Of a stretch of DNA of 64,000 bases, positions 55,238-62,284 are shown one piece after another. The position numbers and the translations under genes were made by a program. This DNA comes from a virus. Location of the stretch: positions 99,825 to 163,824 of the IMG/VR virus record IMGVR_UViG_3300023184_000033; one strand, 5' to 3'. The notes beneath the pieces were generated by a model, which did not search any database, was not told where the DNA came from, and saw only the letters and a program-made list of their open reading frames with translations. The first letter of the stretch is position 1; each line of letters begins with the position of its first letter.

Positions 55238-55692
55238 CCGTTCAATTTGGCACGTAGCAGGTCGCTTAGAGTGGGCTGATGCTCTCCTGGAACAACCACA
55301 CCCTCCACGAACAGGTCCACGCCTTCGCTGTAGTAGCCGTTGCTCTCGCCTAACCAACGCACATCCACATAGCCCTTGCGGGTAGCGAACTTGTAGAAGG
55401 TATAGGTATAGCTTTCATAATGCTCTTCGCCAAGGTCTGGCTCAGGTGTGGCTCCCCGAACTTCCTCAGCAACCAACAAAGGCTCACCAACCAAGTCCTG
55501 CAGGTCACCAACAATATCGTTGATGTCCACACACTCGCAACAATCCTGTGAGTGAGCAAACATGAACCGCTCACCTTGTGCGGTTTCGAAAGTCATTTCG
55601 CCGTCACCAACGGACCCAGTCACCTGCACAAAGGTCTTGCCCAGCATCTGTGCCATGCCCTTTTGTGTGTCTACTATGTTGTTGTAATCCAT
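55234..55692 (-). CDS. Conserved hypothetical phage protein (GC-richer than flanks)
   Basis: H.QDCCE.V.I.DI.GDL, TFYKFAT.KG.V.VRWLGESNGYYSE. Confidence 0.8.
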   Translation of the reverse strand: MDYNNIVDTQKGMAQMLGKTFVQVTGSVGDGEMTFETAQGERFMFAHSQDCCECVDINDIVGDLQDLVGEPLLVAEEVRGATPEPDLGEEHYESYTYTFYKFATRKGYVDVRWLGESNGYYSEGVDLFVEGVVVPGEHQPTLSDLLRAKLNG

Positions 55693-55701
55693 TTTGTTTC
55701 C

Positions 55702-55905
55702 TTATCGATTGTAAAATTCACAGTCAGCACCTTCAGGACCGACCTTCACTTCATCATACCAGACGAAATCATGACAGAAGTCATGCCTTGAATCTTCCAA
55801 CACTGCACAGCGAGCATTGGCCAACTCAACAGTGGGGTACACTCCGTAGATGATGCTCTCAGGAGCGCCACGGTCCTCGGCACGTACAATAAAAATAGAA
55901 GTCAT
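55702..55905 (-). CDS. Hypothetical protein
   Basis: SD before MTSIF at 55905; in-frame upstream ATG at 55941 (MNEQIKQ). Confidence 0.6.
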   Translation of the reverse strand: MTSIFIVRAEDRGAPESIIYGVYPTVELANARCAVLEDSRHDFCHDFVWYDEVKVGPEGADCEFYNR

Positions 55906-55943
55906 TTTCTTTCCTTTTGGTTGTTTAATTTGTTCGTTCATAA

Positions 55944-56510
55944 TTATTTGACCTCGATTACAACGGATTCAGAGAAACCGTATTTTTTCAATAGAAACTT
56001 TTGGCAGGATTCGATAGAATCACGTGCCGCTTCTTGTTTGTTATTCCACATTGCTACCCATTTGCTACGGTCAGCACGGAAGAAAATAGTACCATCAGCA
56101 AAAACCGAATCTTTGTTAGTAACCACTTTGGTTACCGCTTTAGTCACCAGCCCTGGCGTAGTTTCAAAACGCTTTGCGGCTTTGGTAACTGTTTTCTTTT
56201 CTACCTTTTTAACCTTGGCAATCTTCGGTGCTTTTGGTGCTTTTGGCTTCAAAACGGCATCGGCAACAATCATTTCCATTTCTTTATCTGGATTCAGTTT
56301 AGGACCAGTCAAAGGACCAACCCATGGAAAGAAACCAACAACCTCATAGGTAGAATGATTGTCTTTATTACGGAGAGCATCATTCATATCAGAACCACAG
56401 GAACCCCATTTATCGGTGTCCGCATTATAGTAACGATAATACTTGCCTTGAAGACCACGGTCAACCAAATAAAGTGCCGTTCTTGTAGGTGTTTCAGTAT
56501 TAAATTCCAC
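55944..56510 (-). CDS. Hypothetical protein with Lys-rich linker
   Basis: AAGGAG SD before the GTG at 56510; KPKAPKAPK tract. Confidence 0.65.
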   Translation of the reverse strand: MEFNTETPTRTALYLVDRGLQGKYYRYYNADTDKWGSCGSDMNDALRNKDNHSTYEVVGFFPWVGPLTGPKLNPDKEMEMIVADAVLKPKAPKAPKIAKVKKVEKKTVTKAAKRFETTPGLVTKAVTKVVTNKDSVFADGTIFFRADRSKWVAMWNNKQEAARDSIESCQKFLLKKYGFSESVVIEVK

Positions 56511-56835
56511 AGAATTCTCCTTGTTTACCGAATTGTTGAAAACCCATCGGCATGCAAACCGATGCAAAACCGTCATTATCTACGACCACATCACCAACAG
56601 AAACCGAGTGCATTGGCGCAATCCGTTCTATTTTAGATTCAGGACCGACATTGCCGACCGTAAAAACACCTTCTAAGTTTTCCGCTTCGATAACAGCAAC
56701 CTTAGAATATAAGGGTTTTGCCGCCATAACCGTTGCAACAGAGCAACCGAATTGAACATTCCGATAAACCTCTACGATAATTGCATCATCATATTGTACA
56801 TCGGTCAGATTTATTTGATAAATGCCGTATTTCAT
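56500..56835 (-). CDS. Hypothetical protein (YodL-like motif)
   Basis: IYQI, LE.VF..GN, MHSVSVGDVV. Confidence 0.65.
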   Translation of the reverse strand: MKYGIYQINLTDVQYDDAIIVEVYRNVQFGCSVATVMAAKPLYSKVAVIEAENLEGVFTVGNVGPESKIERIAPMHSVSVGDVVVDNDGFASVCMPMGFQQFGKQGEFCGI

Positions 56836-56996
56836 TTTTTATCCATTTCTTCATAATGTTTAAATACTTTAAGAATTTCAGGTGCCGCTTCAGCAGGCAA
56901 ACCTTCGTCAATCATTAGTTGAATGATATATTCATCGGATAGACCGACTTCTAATGCTTCGGTGATTAATGTATGCAATCGAGACATATAAGACAT
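56832..56996 (-). CDS. Hypothetical protein, 54 aa (missing from track)
   Basis: MSYMSRLH...; ATGA coupling to the next gene. Confidence 0.55.
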   Translation of the reverse strand: MSYMSRLHTLITEALEVGLSDEYIIQLMIDEGLPAEAAPEILKVFKHYEEMDKK

Positions 56997-57001
56997 TTAA
57001 T

Positions 57002-57214
57002 TCAAACCTCATTTAATTGAACATCGAAACAATGCTGTTTCATTTGATGGTCATAGTACCGAACCCGAGTACCGAAACCAGAATTTTTACCTTTTAGATG
57101 CAAAACATAATAGAGTGCATCATTCATCAGGGTAAAATCACCAACCCTACGATTTTTAATCGCCGTCTTGGTTGTATAGAAACTAACACCATTCACTATT
57201 GCACGAATTTTCAT
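57002..57214 (-). CDS. Hypothetical protein
   Basis: GGAGG SD; ATGA overlap. Confidence 0.65.
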   Translation of the reverse strand: MKIRAIVNGVSFYTTKTAIKNRRVGDFTLMNDALYYVLHLKGKNSGFGTRVRYYDHQMKQHCFDVQLNEV

Positions 57215-57429
57215 ATAACCTCCATCACGCCAAAATCAGCAATAACCTGATTTTCATTTACAATTACCTGCTCACGAATAGAACCAAAAACGAATAATGG
57301 CTCATCCAAATCAATATGGTAAGATACAGAACCACCATATCTTACCCGAGATTCAGTAACCTTACCAGTTACCAAATATTCGGAAAGATATAATGCTTTC
57401 ACCGTAGAACCATCTTTATTCCAACCCAT
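57211..57429 (-). CDS. Hypothetical protein (SH3-like)
   Basis: G.V.ESRV.YGG.V.Y.I.LD.P. Confidence 0.65.
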   Translation of the reverse strand: MGWNKDGSTVKALYLSEYLVTGKVTESRVRYGGSVSYHIDLDEPLFVFGSIREQVIVNENQVIADFGVMEVI

Positions 57430-57447
57430 AATTAAACCTTTTCACTT

Positions 57448-57660
57448 TCATGATATAATGGTGTTTATAATATTATTTGCATAATAAGACCAAACATATT
57501 CCCGAACGGCAGTATCCGTTGCTTCAGAGAAAACTTCAACCTTTGAGAGATTAACCAATTGCTGATAAATCTCTAACCAAGCAGAACCGTCTTCAATAGC
57601 ACAATCGACAATATGCTTAACCGCAGCATCACCTGCATTTGAAAACATACCAAAATACAT
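57448..57660 (-). CDS. Hypothetical protein
   Basis: FGMFS..GD.AV, EATDTAVRE; own promoter. Confidence 0.7.
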   Translation of the reverse strand: MYFGMFSNAGDAAVKHIVDCAIEDGSAWLEIYQQLVNLSKVEVFSEATDTAVREYVWSYYANNIINTIIS

Positions 57661-57683
57661 AGAACCTCACTAATAAAACAACC

Positions 57684-57711
57684 ATTATACAGGTACCGGA
57701 GGATAAATCAA
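57684..57711 (-). promoter_or_regulatory. Sigma70-type promoter TTGATT-16-TATAAT
   Basis: CCTGTATAAT context. Confidence 0.65.
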
Positions 57712-57769
57712 CCAATACTTGACCAAAATACTCTGATATTACCATAGTGGCAATATCGGAAAATTCTAG

Positions 57770-57787
57770 TGTTGTACAGAAACAACA
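57770..57787. promoter_or_regulatory. Palindromic site TGTTG-N8-CAACA (copy 3)
   Basis: TGTTGTACAGAAACAACA in an intergenic region. Confidence 0.55.
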
Positions 57788-57882
57788 GTGTCGCAGGATG
57801 TGTCGCAATTATGGTGCCCAAAGCAGGTCTTAGTTTGCATCCGTGATTCTCCGTGGTTTCCAGAACGGTTCCAAAAGGTTTT

Positions 57883-58077
57883 TTAAGCGCTCAGAGACAT
57901 TTTCGCAACCTCTTCGAATTCTCCAATGACCACCTGATAAGCTTCGGTAAGTATCGGAGAAAGCAAACCCAGTTTATCCTGTATATCGAGAACCTCTATA
58001 GTCTCCATAAAGGATTCAGTCTGGCATTTCAGTCCGAATTCAGAGACCAACCTCATAGCGTCACCTGTAGTCATCAT
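57883..58077 (-). CDS. Hypothetical protein
   Basis: GAGG SD. Confidence 0.6.
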   Translation of the reverse strand: MMTTGDAMRLVSEFGLKCQTESFMETIEVLDIQDKLGLLSPILTEAYQVVIGEFEEVAKMSLSA

Positions 58078-58078
58078 A

Positions 58079-58333
58079 TTAATATTCCTCTAGAGCAGCA
58101 ATACGCTCTTTATAATCTTCTACCTCTTCAGCATCCGTTTCGGGGTCTAACCGATCCAAATCATACTGAAGATTTTCAATTTCAGAATTTACCACTTCCA
58201 AGCAAACCTCACGATAAGCAATTGGATCAACAGCTTTCAGAATCTCAGAGCGAGAGTAGGTAAGATTACCAATTTTCACTTCACCTTCAGAATCCAACAG
58301 CTCATCCACCATTTCAGTTACAAAATCTCTCAT
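58079..58333 (-). CDS. Acidic hypothetical protein
   Basis: S.ILK.VDPIAYR; TAATG coupling. Confidence 0.65.
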   Translation of the reverse strand: MRDFVTEMVDELLDSEGEVKIGNLTYSRSEILKAVDPIAYREVCLEVVNSEIENLQYDLDRLDPETDAEEVEDYKERIAALEEY

Positions 58334-58458
58334 TACGGTCTCCATACAAAAAGGTCTAATATTAATACAATCACAGCAGCAGTATATACTACGGTGAATG
58401 CTGCTCGCTCACAATTTTCCCAATTTAAATTTGGAAAGTACTTTTCCAAAATGCTCAT
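58333..58458 (-). CDS. 41-aa membrane peptide (missing from track)
   Basis: AAGGAG SD; TM helix ending LDLFVWRP. Confidence 0.65.
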   Translation of the reverse strand: MSILEKYFPNLNWENCERAAFTVVYTAAVIVLILDLFVWRP

Positions 58459-58522
58459 AGCTTCTCCTTTAAAATAACCATTATATCAGAAACCTAACAA
58501 CCTTGCAGGTCGCTGATATAAT

Positions 58523-58543
58523 GGTTGACCGTTTTGGTCAACC
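58523..58543. other. Inverted repeat GGTTGACC-N5-GGTCAACC (terminator or operator)
   Basis: Perfect 8-bp arms just after the 58554 stop; same core at 59092-59108. Confidence 0.55.
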
Positions 58544-58553
58544 TTCGAATCGA

Positions 58554-58955
58554 TTAAGCGAATTCGATAACGCTTTGGACACGCTTCGCACGGAGAGCAG
58601 CTGCAATGGTGTTAGCTTCTGCACCTTCGCTGATTGTCACAGCGCCTGGTTTACGGTTCGCTTTAATCGCTTTAGCGCCGACCTTGCCGACAGCTTTAGC
58701 AATCGCCTTAGCCTGAAGCGCTTCAAGGCGAGCAGTAGCCTTAGCAATACGCTCTGCCATTTTAGCTTCAGCAGCTGCAGCTTTATCAGCACGTGCTGCC
58801 TGCTTCTCGAATTTGGCAAAGGACTTGGACTCACGGCGGAATTTAACCTCATCGCTGATAGAAGCACGGAGAGCTTTAACTGCTTCACGTTTTTGGTTGA
58901 GGGTCAGGCCGTTAACTGAAGCGCAAGGGAACACATGGTTGGTGCTGGTAGTCAT
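58554..58955 (-). CDS. Ala/Lys-rich basic protein (first gene after the control region)
   Basis: KAAAAEAK..KAIAKAVGKVGAKAIKANRKP; own promoter. Confidence 0.7.
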   Translation of the reverse strand: MTTSTNHVFPCASVNGLTLNQKREAVKALRASISDEVKFRRESKSFAKFEKQAARADKAAAAEAKMAERIAKATARLEALQAKAIAKAVGKVGAKAIKANRKPGAVTISEGAEANTIAAALRAKRVQSVIEFA

Positions 58956-59015
58956 AAAAATCCTTTATAGTGACTGGTTGAAAATTTGCATCGCTTTTCT
59001 CGACTGCATGGATGC

Positions 59016-59043
59016 ATTATAGACGAACCGGCAGGTTAAGCAA
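59016..59043 (-). promoter_or_regulatory. Sigma70-type promoter TTGCTT-16-TATAAT
   Basis: Upstream of the 58955 start. Confidence 0.7.
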
Positions 59044-59062
59044 GCGTTATTTACCACGCCTG

Positions 59063-59075
59063 TAAGCTGTTGATT
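59063..59075 (-). promoter_or_regulatory. IHF consensus site 1
   Basis: AATCAACAGCTTA matches WATCAANNNNTTR. Confidence 0.65.
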
Positions 59076-59182
59076 CCATTGAGCTTAATACTTGACAGGA
59101 TTGGTCAAGTATTCACAGGAACTGGCAGGAATGACAGTTTTTTGGTATTTTCGCAGGTTTTCGCAGCGCCTGGGGAGGGCTG

Positions 59183-59195
59183 GTAAGCTGTTGAT
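59183..59195 (-). promoter_or_regulatory. IHF consensus site 2
   Basis: Identical 13-mer exactly 120 bp from site 1. Confidence 0.65.
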
Positions 59196-59399
59196 TTATA
59201 TAGCTATTTTGCTGGTCAACTGGGGCTGGCTGGGGCTGCTCTCGGGGACACTATATGGGGCACGGTGCCGGATGGGGGAGGTGCGTTATAGAAAAAGTTA
59301 CCACCTGGTCAAACTCTTTATTTCAAATTTTTATTTTCTGGAGCCAGCTCAGAGGAATCTAAATTTTTTTTTCAGGAGGCCTCAGAGGTCTCCAGTATT

Positions 59400-59489
59400 T
59401 CATTCGTCTTTGTCATTACGCATATCCCATAATACTATGCCTATCACGGATATGATGATTATACAGAAAATAATGTCATTGATTGTCAT
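59400..59489 (-). CDS. 29-aa membrane peptide (missing from track)
   Basis: MTINDIIFCIIIISVIGIVLWDMRNDKDE; ATGA coupling. Confidence 0.5.
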   Translation of the reverse strand: MTINDIIFCIIIISVIGIVLWDMRNDKDE

Positions 59490-59581
59490 TCTGTCATTGT
59501 CCTTGAATCTTCATTTGATCGATATGCATATACGATGGCTGCTACTATATAACCTGCAAAGAATCCTAAAATAAAACTCAT
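59486..59581 (-). CDS. 31-aa membrane peptide (missing from track)
   Basis: MSFILGFFAGYIVAAIVYAY...; start overlaps the stop of paralogue 2. Confidence 0.55.
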   Translation of the reverse strand: MSFILGFFAGYIVAAIVYAYRSNEDSRTMTE

Positions 59582-59799
59582 TCTTCAACTCCAAAACGGT
59601 CTTGAATTCTTTGTTCAATCTCATAGCATCTATCCAGCGCCCAGTCATCGGGTTCAGTAATGTTTCCCACATTACGTGCAATATCCATACATTCCCGAAC
59701 AATCAACTCGGCGAACTTTTCTTTACTAAAAATCAATTCACCGTCCAGTTCAACCAGACTTTGTGCGGCAAACCGTTCTAACATTGGTATCTTACTCAT
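59578..59799 (-). CDS. MNERI/HFGVEE paralogue 2 (replaced N-terminus)
   Basis: EKFAELIVRECM...RFGVEE. Confidence 0.85.
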   Translation of the reverse strand: MSKIPMLERFAAQSLVELDGELIFSKEKFAELIVRECMDIARNVGNITEPDDWALDRCYEIEQRIQDRFGVEE

Positions 59800-60107
59800 A
59801 CATTATTCCTTCCTATGCGGCTGTATCCTAACTTGGACTTAATCTCTTTACGGTCTCGGTTCTTCTCTGGTTTCCATGCTCTTGGATCCACAGTCTCTCC
59901 CGTTAATTCATAACGAAAATCTGGATCGTAAACCATATATCCTAACTTGTTCCATTTGATTACTCCTGCATCAAATAAGAAGATACAACCACGACACATA
60001 CAGAAACTGGCACCGTTGTCGCTCATCACATTGCCATTTACTGTGCCAACATATTTGACCACATTACCCTGGTGCATTTCTTTCAGTGCTTCGAAGTAAT
60101 CAATCAT
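59796..60107 (-). CDS. Hypothetical protein
   Basis: DYFEALK....G..V; coupled ORF. Confidence 0.65.
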   Translation of the reverse strand: MIDYFEALKEMHQGNVVKYVGTVNGNVMSDNGASFCMCRGCIFLFDAGVIKWNKLGYMVYDPDFRYELTGETVDPRAWKPEKNRDRKEIKSKLGYSRIGRNNV

Positions 60108-60250
60108 TCTTGTTCCATCTTACTAAAGTCAGGATCCCGGCTGTACCCGATATTAAAGTTACCAAGTTTCCACCAAATATAGCGTCCACCATAATCACAG
60201 GTTTGTACTGTAAATCCAAGAAACTTAAAATGTGTAATCCATTCAATCAT
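60104..60250 (-). CDS. 48-aa hypothetical protein (missing from track)
   Basis: MIEWITHFKFLGF...; GGAG SD inside the 3' end of paralogue 3. Confidence 0.55.
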   Translation of the reverse strand: MIEWITHFKFLGFTVQTCDYGGRYIWWKLGNFNIGYSRDPDFSKMEQE

Positions 60251-60485
60251 TCTTCACTCCCAACAATTCTTTGATTAGGGTCTTTTTATCTTCCGTGGAC
60301 ATACCAACTCCGAAATGTTGTTCAATCAAATACCACGCTTCGTGTGTGGCATCCATTCCATCAGCACCACGAGCAACGGTGATACATTCCCTAACAATCA
60401 ACTCAGCGAACCTATGAGCAATAATAGCATAATCAAAATCCTTATAGCCAGCCTCTGTGGCAAGTTGTTTAATTCTTTCATTCAT
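60243..60485 (-). CDS. MNERI/HFGVEE paralogue 3 (C-terminally extended)
   Basis: MNERIKQLA...RFAELIVREC...HFGVG-MSTEDKKTLIKELLGVKND. Confidence 0.85.
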   Translation of the reverse strand: MNERIKQLATEAGYKDFDYAIIAHRFAELIVRECITVARGADGMDATHEAWYLIEQHFGVGMSTEDKKTLIKELLGVKND

Positions 60486-60577
60486 TTGTCTAAACCTTGA
60501 ACAAAAAGACTGGCTACTATTGCCATTAGGAACAAACATCCAAGACCAATGGCATACACTATTAAAAATTCAATCAT
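60482..60577 (-). CDS. 31-aa membrane peptide (missing from track)
   Basis: MIEFLIVYAIGLGCLFLMAIVASLFVQGLDK; ATGA overlaps at both ends. Confidence 0.6.
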   Translation of the reverse strand: MIEFLIVYAIGLGCLFLMAIVASLFVQGLDK

Positions 60578-60789
60578 TCTTCAACTCCAAAATGTTGTTC
60601 AATCCTGTTACCAATAATCATACCTGGTCCAGACATTTTAGGAGCATCGTATTCGTAGGCAATGTCAATACATTCCCGAACAATTAACTGGGCGAACTTT
60701 TCTTCACGATCCCAATGAAAAATATCGCTGATTTTGAATGCTGGAATACCCCAAGCCTCTGTAATAAGTTCTTTAATTCGTTCGTTCAT
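60574..60789 (-). CDS. MNERI/HFGVEE paralogue 4
   Basis: MNERIKEL...EKFAQLIVREC...HFGVEE. Confidence 0.88.
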   Translation of the reverse strand: MNERIKELITEAWGIPAFKISDIFHWDREEKFAQLIVRECIDIAYEYDAPKMSGPGMIIGNRIEQHFGVEE

Positions 60790-61064
60790 GACTTCCCCAT
60801 ATCGTGTTTTAATCTACTATGAAAATTATCTTCTCCGTCGTCTCCTGATACCAACCAATCGATACGTTGTACGTAGATGTGAGCCAGTCTAAGCGTTGTT
60901 AATGCATTTTTGAACTCATCTATCGTTTCTTCACTGTACCCATAACCTTTTTTATCACCATACTCATTCAGTTCTTCTGAATCGTTATCGATGATTATTT
61001 GTTCTATCTCATCGGCGATGTTACCGATTTCCCATTGCTTATATTGGAAGTGTCCGCCTGACAT
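60786..61064 (-). CDS. Conserved hypothetical phage protein
   Basis: MSGGHF.Y.Q, A.IY.QRIDWLVSGDDGE..F. Confidence 0.8.
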   Translation of the reverse strand: MSGGHFQYKQWEIGNIADEIEQIIIDNDSEELNEYGDKKGYGYSEETIDEFKNALTTLRLAHIYVQRIDWLVSGDDGEDNFHSRLKHDMGKS

Positions 61065-61330
61065 TATTCTACTCCAAAGTGTTCTTTCAATTCTTCACCC
61101 AAGTCTTGTAGCAACCTTGCGTGGATATCATAGATATCTTCCCACTTGGCCGAATGTCCAGGAACCAAATCATAGGTTGTAATCTTGTCAATACATTCCT
61201 GCACAATCAACTCGGCGAACTTAGACATAACAGTTGAGTCCAAGGTATTACCTGGATGATACATATACACAGCATCACCCCACACAGCAATACCAGCCTG
61301 TTCAGCAAGTTCCAGAATTCGTTCGTTCAT
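61064..61330 (-). CDS. MNERI/HFGVEE paralogue 5
   Basis: MNERILELAEQAG...KFAELIVQEC...HFGVE. Confidence 0.88.
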   Translation of the reverse strand: MNERILELAEQAGIAVWGDAVYMYHPGNTLDSTVMSKFAELIVQECIDKITTYDLVPGHSAKWEDIYDIHARLLQDLGEELKEHFGVE

Positions 61331-61515
61331 AACATCTGTTTGTCAGCAAGCATGGATTCGAATGTAGCCCACAGTTGTTTGAATTTGAAATCATAAACGC
61401 AGGCTAGGCTGGTCATATCCGCTACATTGGCACCTTGAGATTCCATCATCGGAATCTCATCAGTGATTTTCCAGCACTCCAATATCTGTTGTTCTAAATC
61501 AAATCTATTACTCAT
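61327..61515 (-). CDS. Hypothetical protein
   Basis: RFDLEQQIL.CW, Y..KF..LW.TFE. Confidence 0.7.
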   Translation of the reverse strand: MSNRFDLEQQILECWKITDEIPMMESQGANVADMTSLACVYDFKFKQLWATFESMLADKQML

Positions 61516-61729
61516 TTTTAATTCCTAAAGTTTCGGGGTTATGATCCAACCTATCACTCTGTGGTTCAGAATAAAATGCGGCATCTTCATCGGTGATTGT
61601 AACACACAGGTCCGAATGTGTCAAATCGTAATCTGTGAATTGGTGATTCTCGCCATACACTCGAAACGCTACATCATAGCCTGTACGTAGTAAATGTCCA
61701 GTAACACCATTGGCTGGTTTAATTGTCAT
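61508..61729 (-). CDS. Hypothetical protein
   Basis: FRVY....F.DYDL.HSDL.VTI.D.DA.FY, LDH.P.TLG. Confidence 0.7.
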   Translation of the reverse strand: MTIKPANGVTGHLLRTGYDVAFRVYGENHQFTDYDLTHSDLCVTITDEDAAFYSEPQSDRLDHNPETLGIKNE

Positions 61730-61914
61730 TCTTCTACTCCGAAATGTTTTTTAATCTTGTCAACATAGGTGCTTGCTGGTTCACGATGGTCTACTGCACC
61801 AGCAACAATATTAACACATTCCCGAACAATCAACTCGGCAAACTTTTGACGGTCCAACCAACCTGTTTTAGGATCACTTGCCTTCAATGCCAATAGTGTA
61901 ATTCGTTCGTTCAT
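61726..61914 (-). CDS. MNERI/HFGVEE paralogue 6
   Basis: MNERITLLA...KFAELIVREC...HFGVEE. Confidence 0.88.
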   Translation of the reverse strand: MNERITLLALKASDPKTGWLDRQKFAELIVRECVNIVAGAVDHREPASTYVDKIKKHFGVEE

Positions 61915-62075
61915 TTTGCATAGACCAGACTTTTGGCCTCTGAGTTAGTTACGGGGCATTCAAAGTACATTATATCCCGACCTTGAATATCTTCCTCTAT
62001 ATTTAAAAATTTAACTTTTTCCGTGTCATGTTCTTCGGAACACTCTGTACAAACAACAATAAAATACCTACTCAT
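61911..62075 (-). CDS. 54-aa Cys-containing protein (missing from track)
   Basis: VCTECSEEH...NIEEDIQGRD..YF.CP; ATGA overlaps at both ends. Confidence 0.7.
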   Translation of the reverse strand: MSRYFIVVCTECSEEHDTEKVKFLNIEEDIQGRDIMYFECPVTNSEAKSLVYAK

Positions 62076-62284
62076 TCTTCAACTCCGAAATGTGTTTTAA
62101 TCTTATTAGCAATAATAGCACCCATATCATCTTCTCTATGACTAGATCCTAAAGCAAGGTCCATACATTCGTAGGCAATCAACTCGGCAAACTTTGCCAA
62201 GGGAACATTATCCCAATCTTCAATAGGAAAGTCAGCATCATCTAAGCCAGCCTGTCTAACCAGTTGTCTAATTCGTTCGTTCAT
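62072..62284 (-). CDS. MNERI/HFGVEE paralogue 7
   Basis: MNERIRQLV.QAG...KFAELIAYEC...HFGVEE. Confidence 0.88.
   Translation of the reverse strand: MNERIRQLVRQAGLDDADFPIEDWDNVPLAKFAELIAYECMDLALGSSHREDDMGAIIANKIKTHFGVEE

Noticed and set aside
59092-59574. 160-aa plus-strand ORF in the control region
   Set aside because: TTG start without SD, opposite to all neighbours, implausible composition, and overlaps small minus-strand ORFs.
54986-62284. Diversity-generating retroelement behind the paralogue family
   Set aside because: No reverse transcriptase or TR/VR pair differing only at adenines; the variable parts differ in length and are non-homologous.
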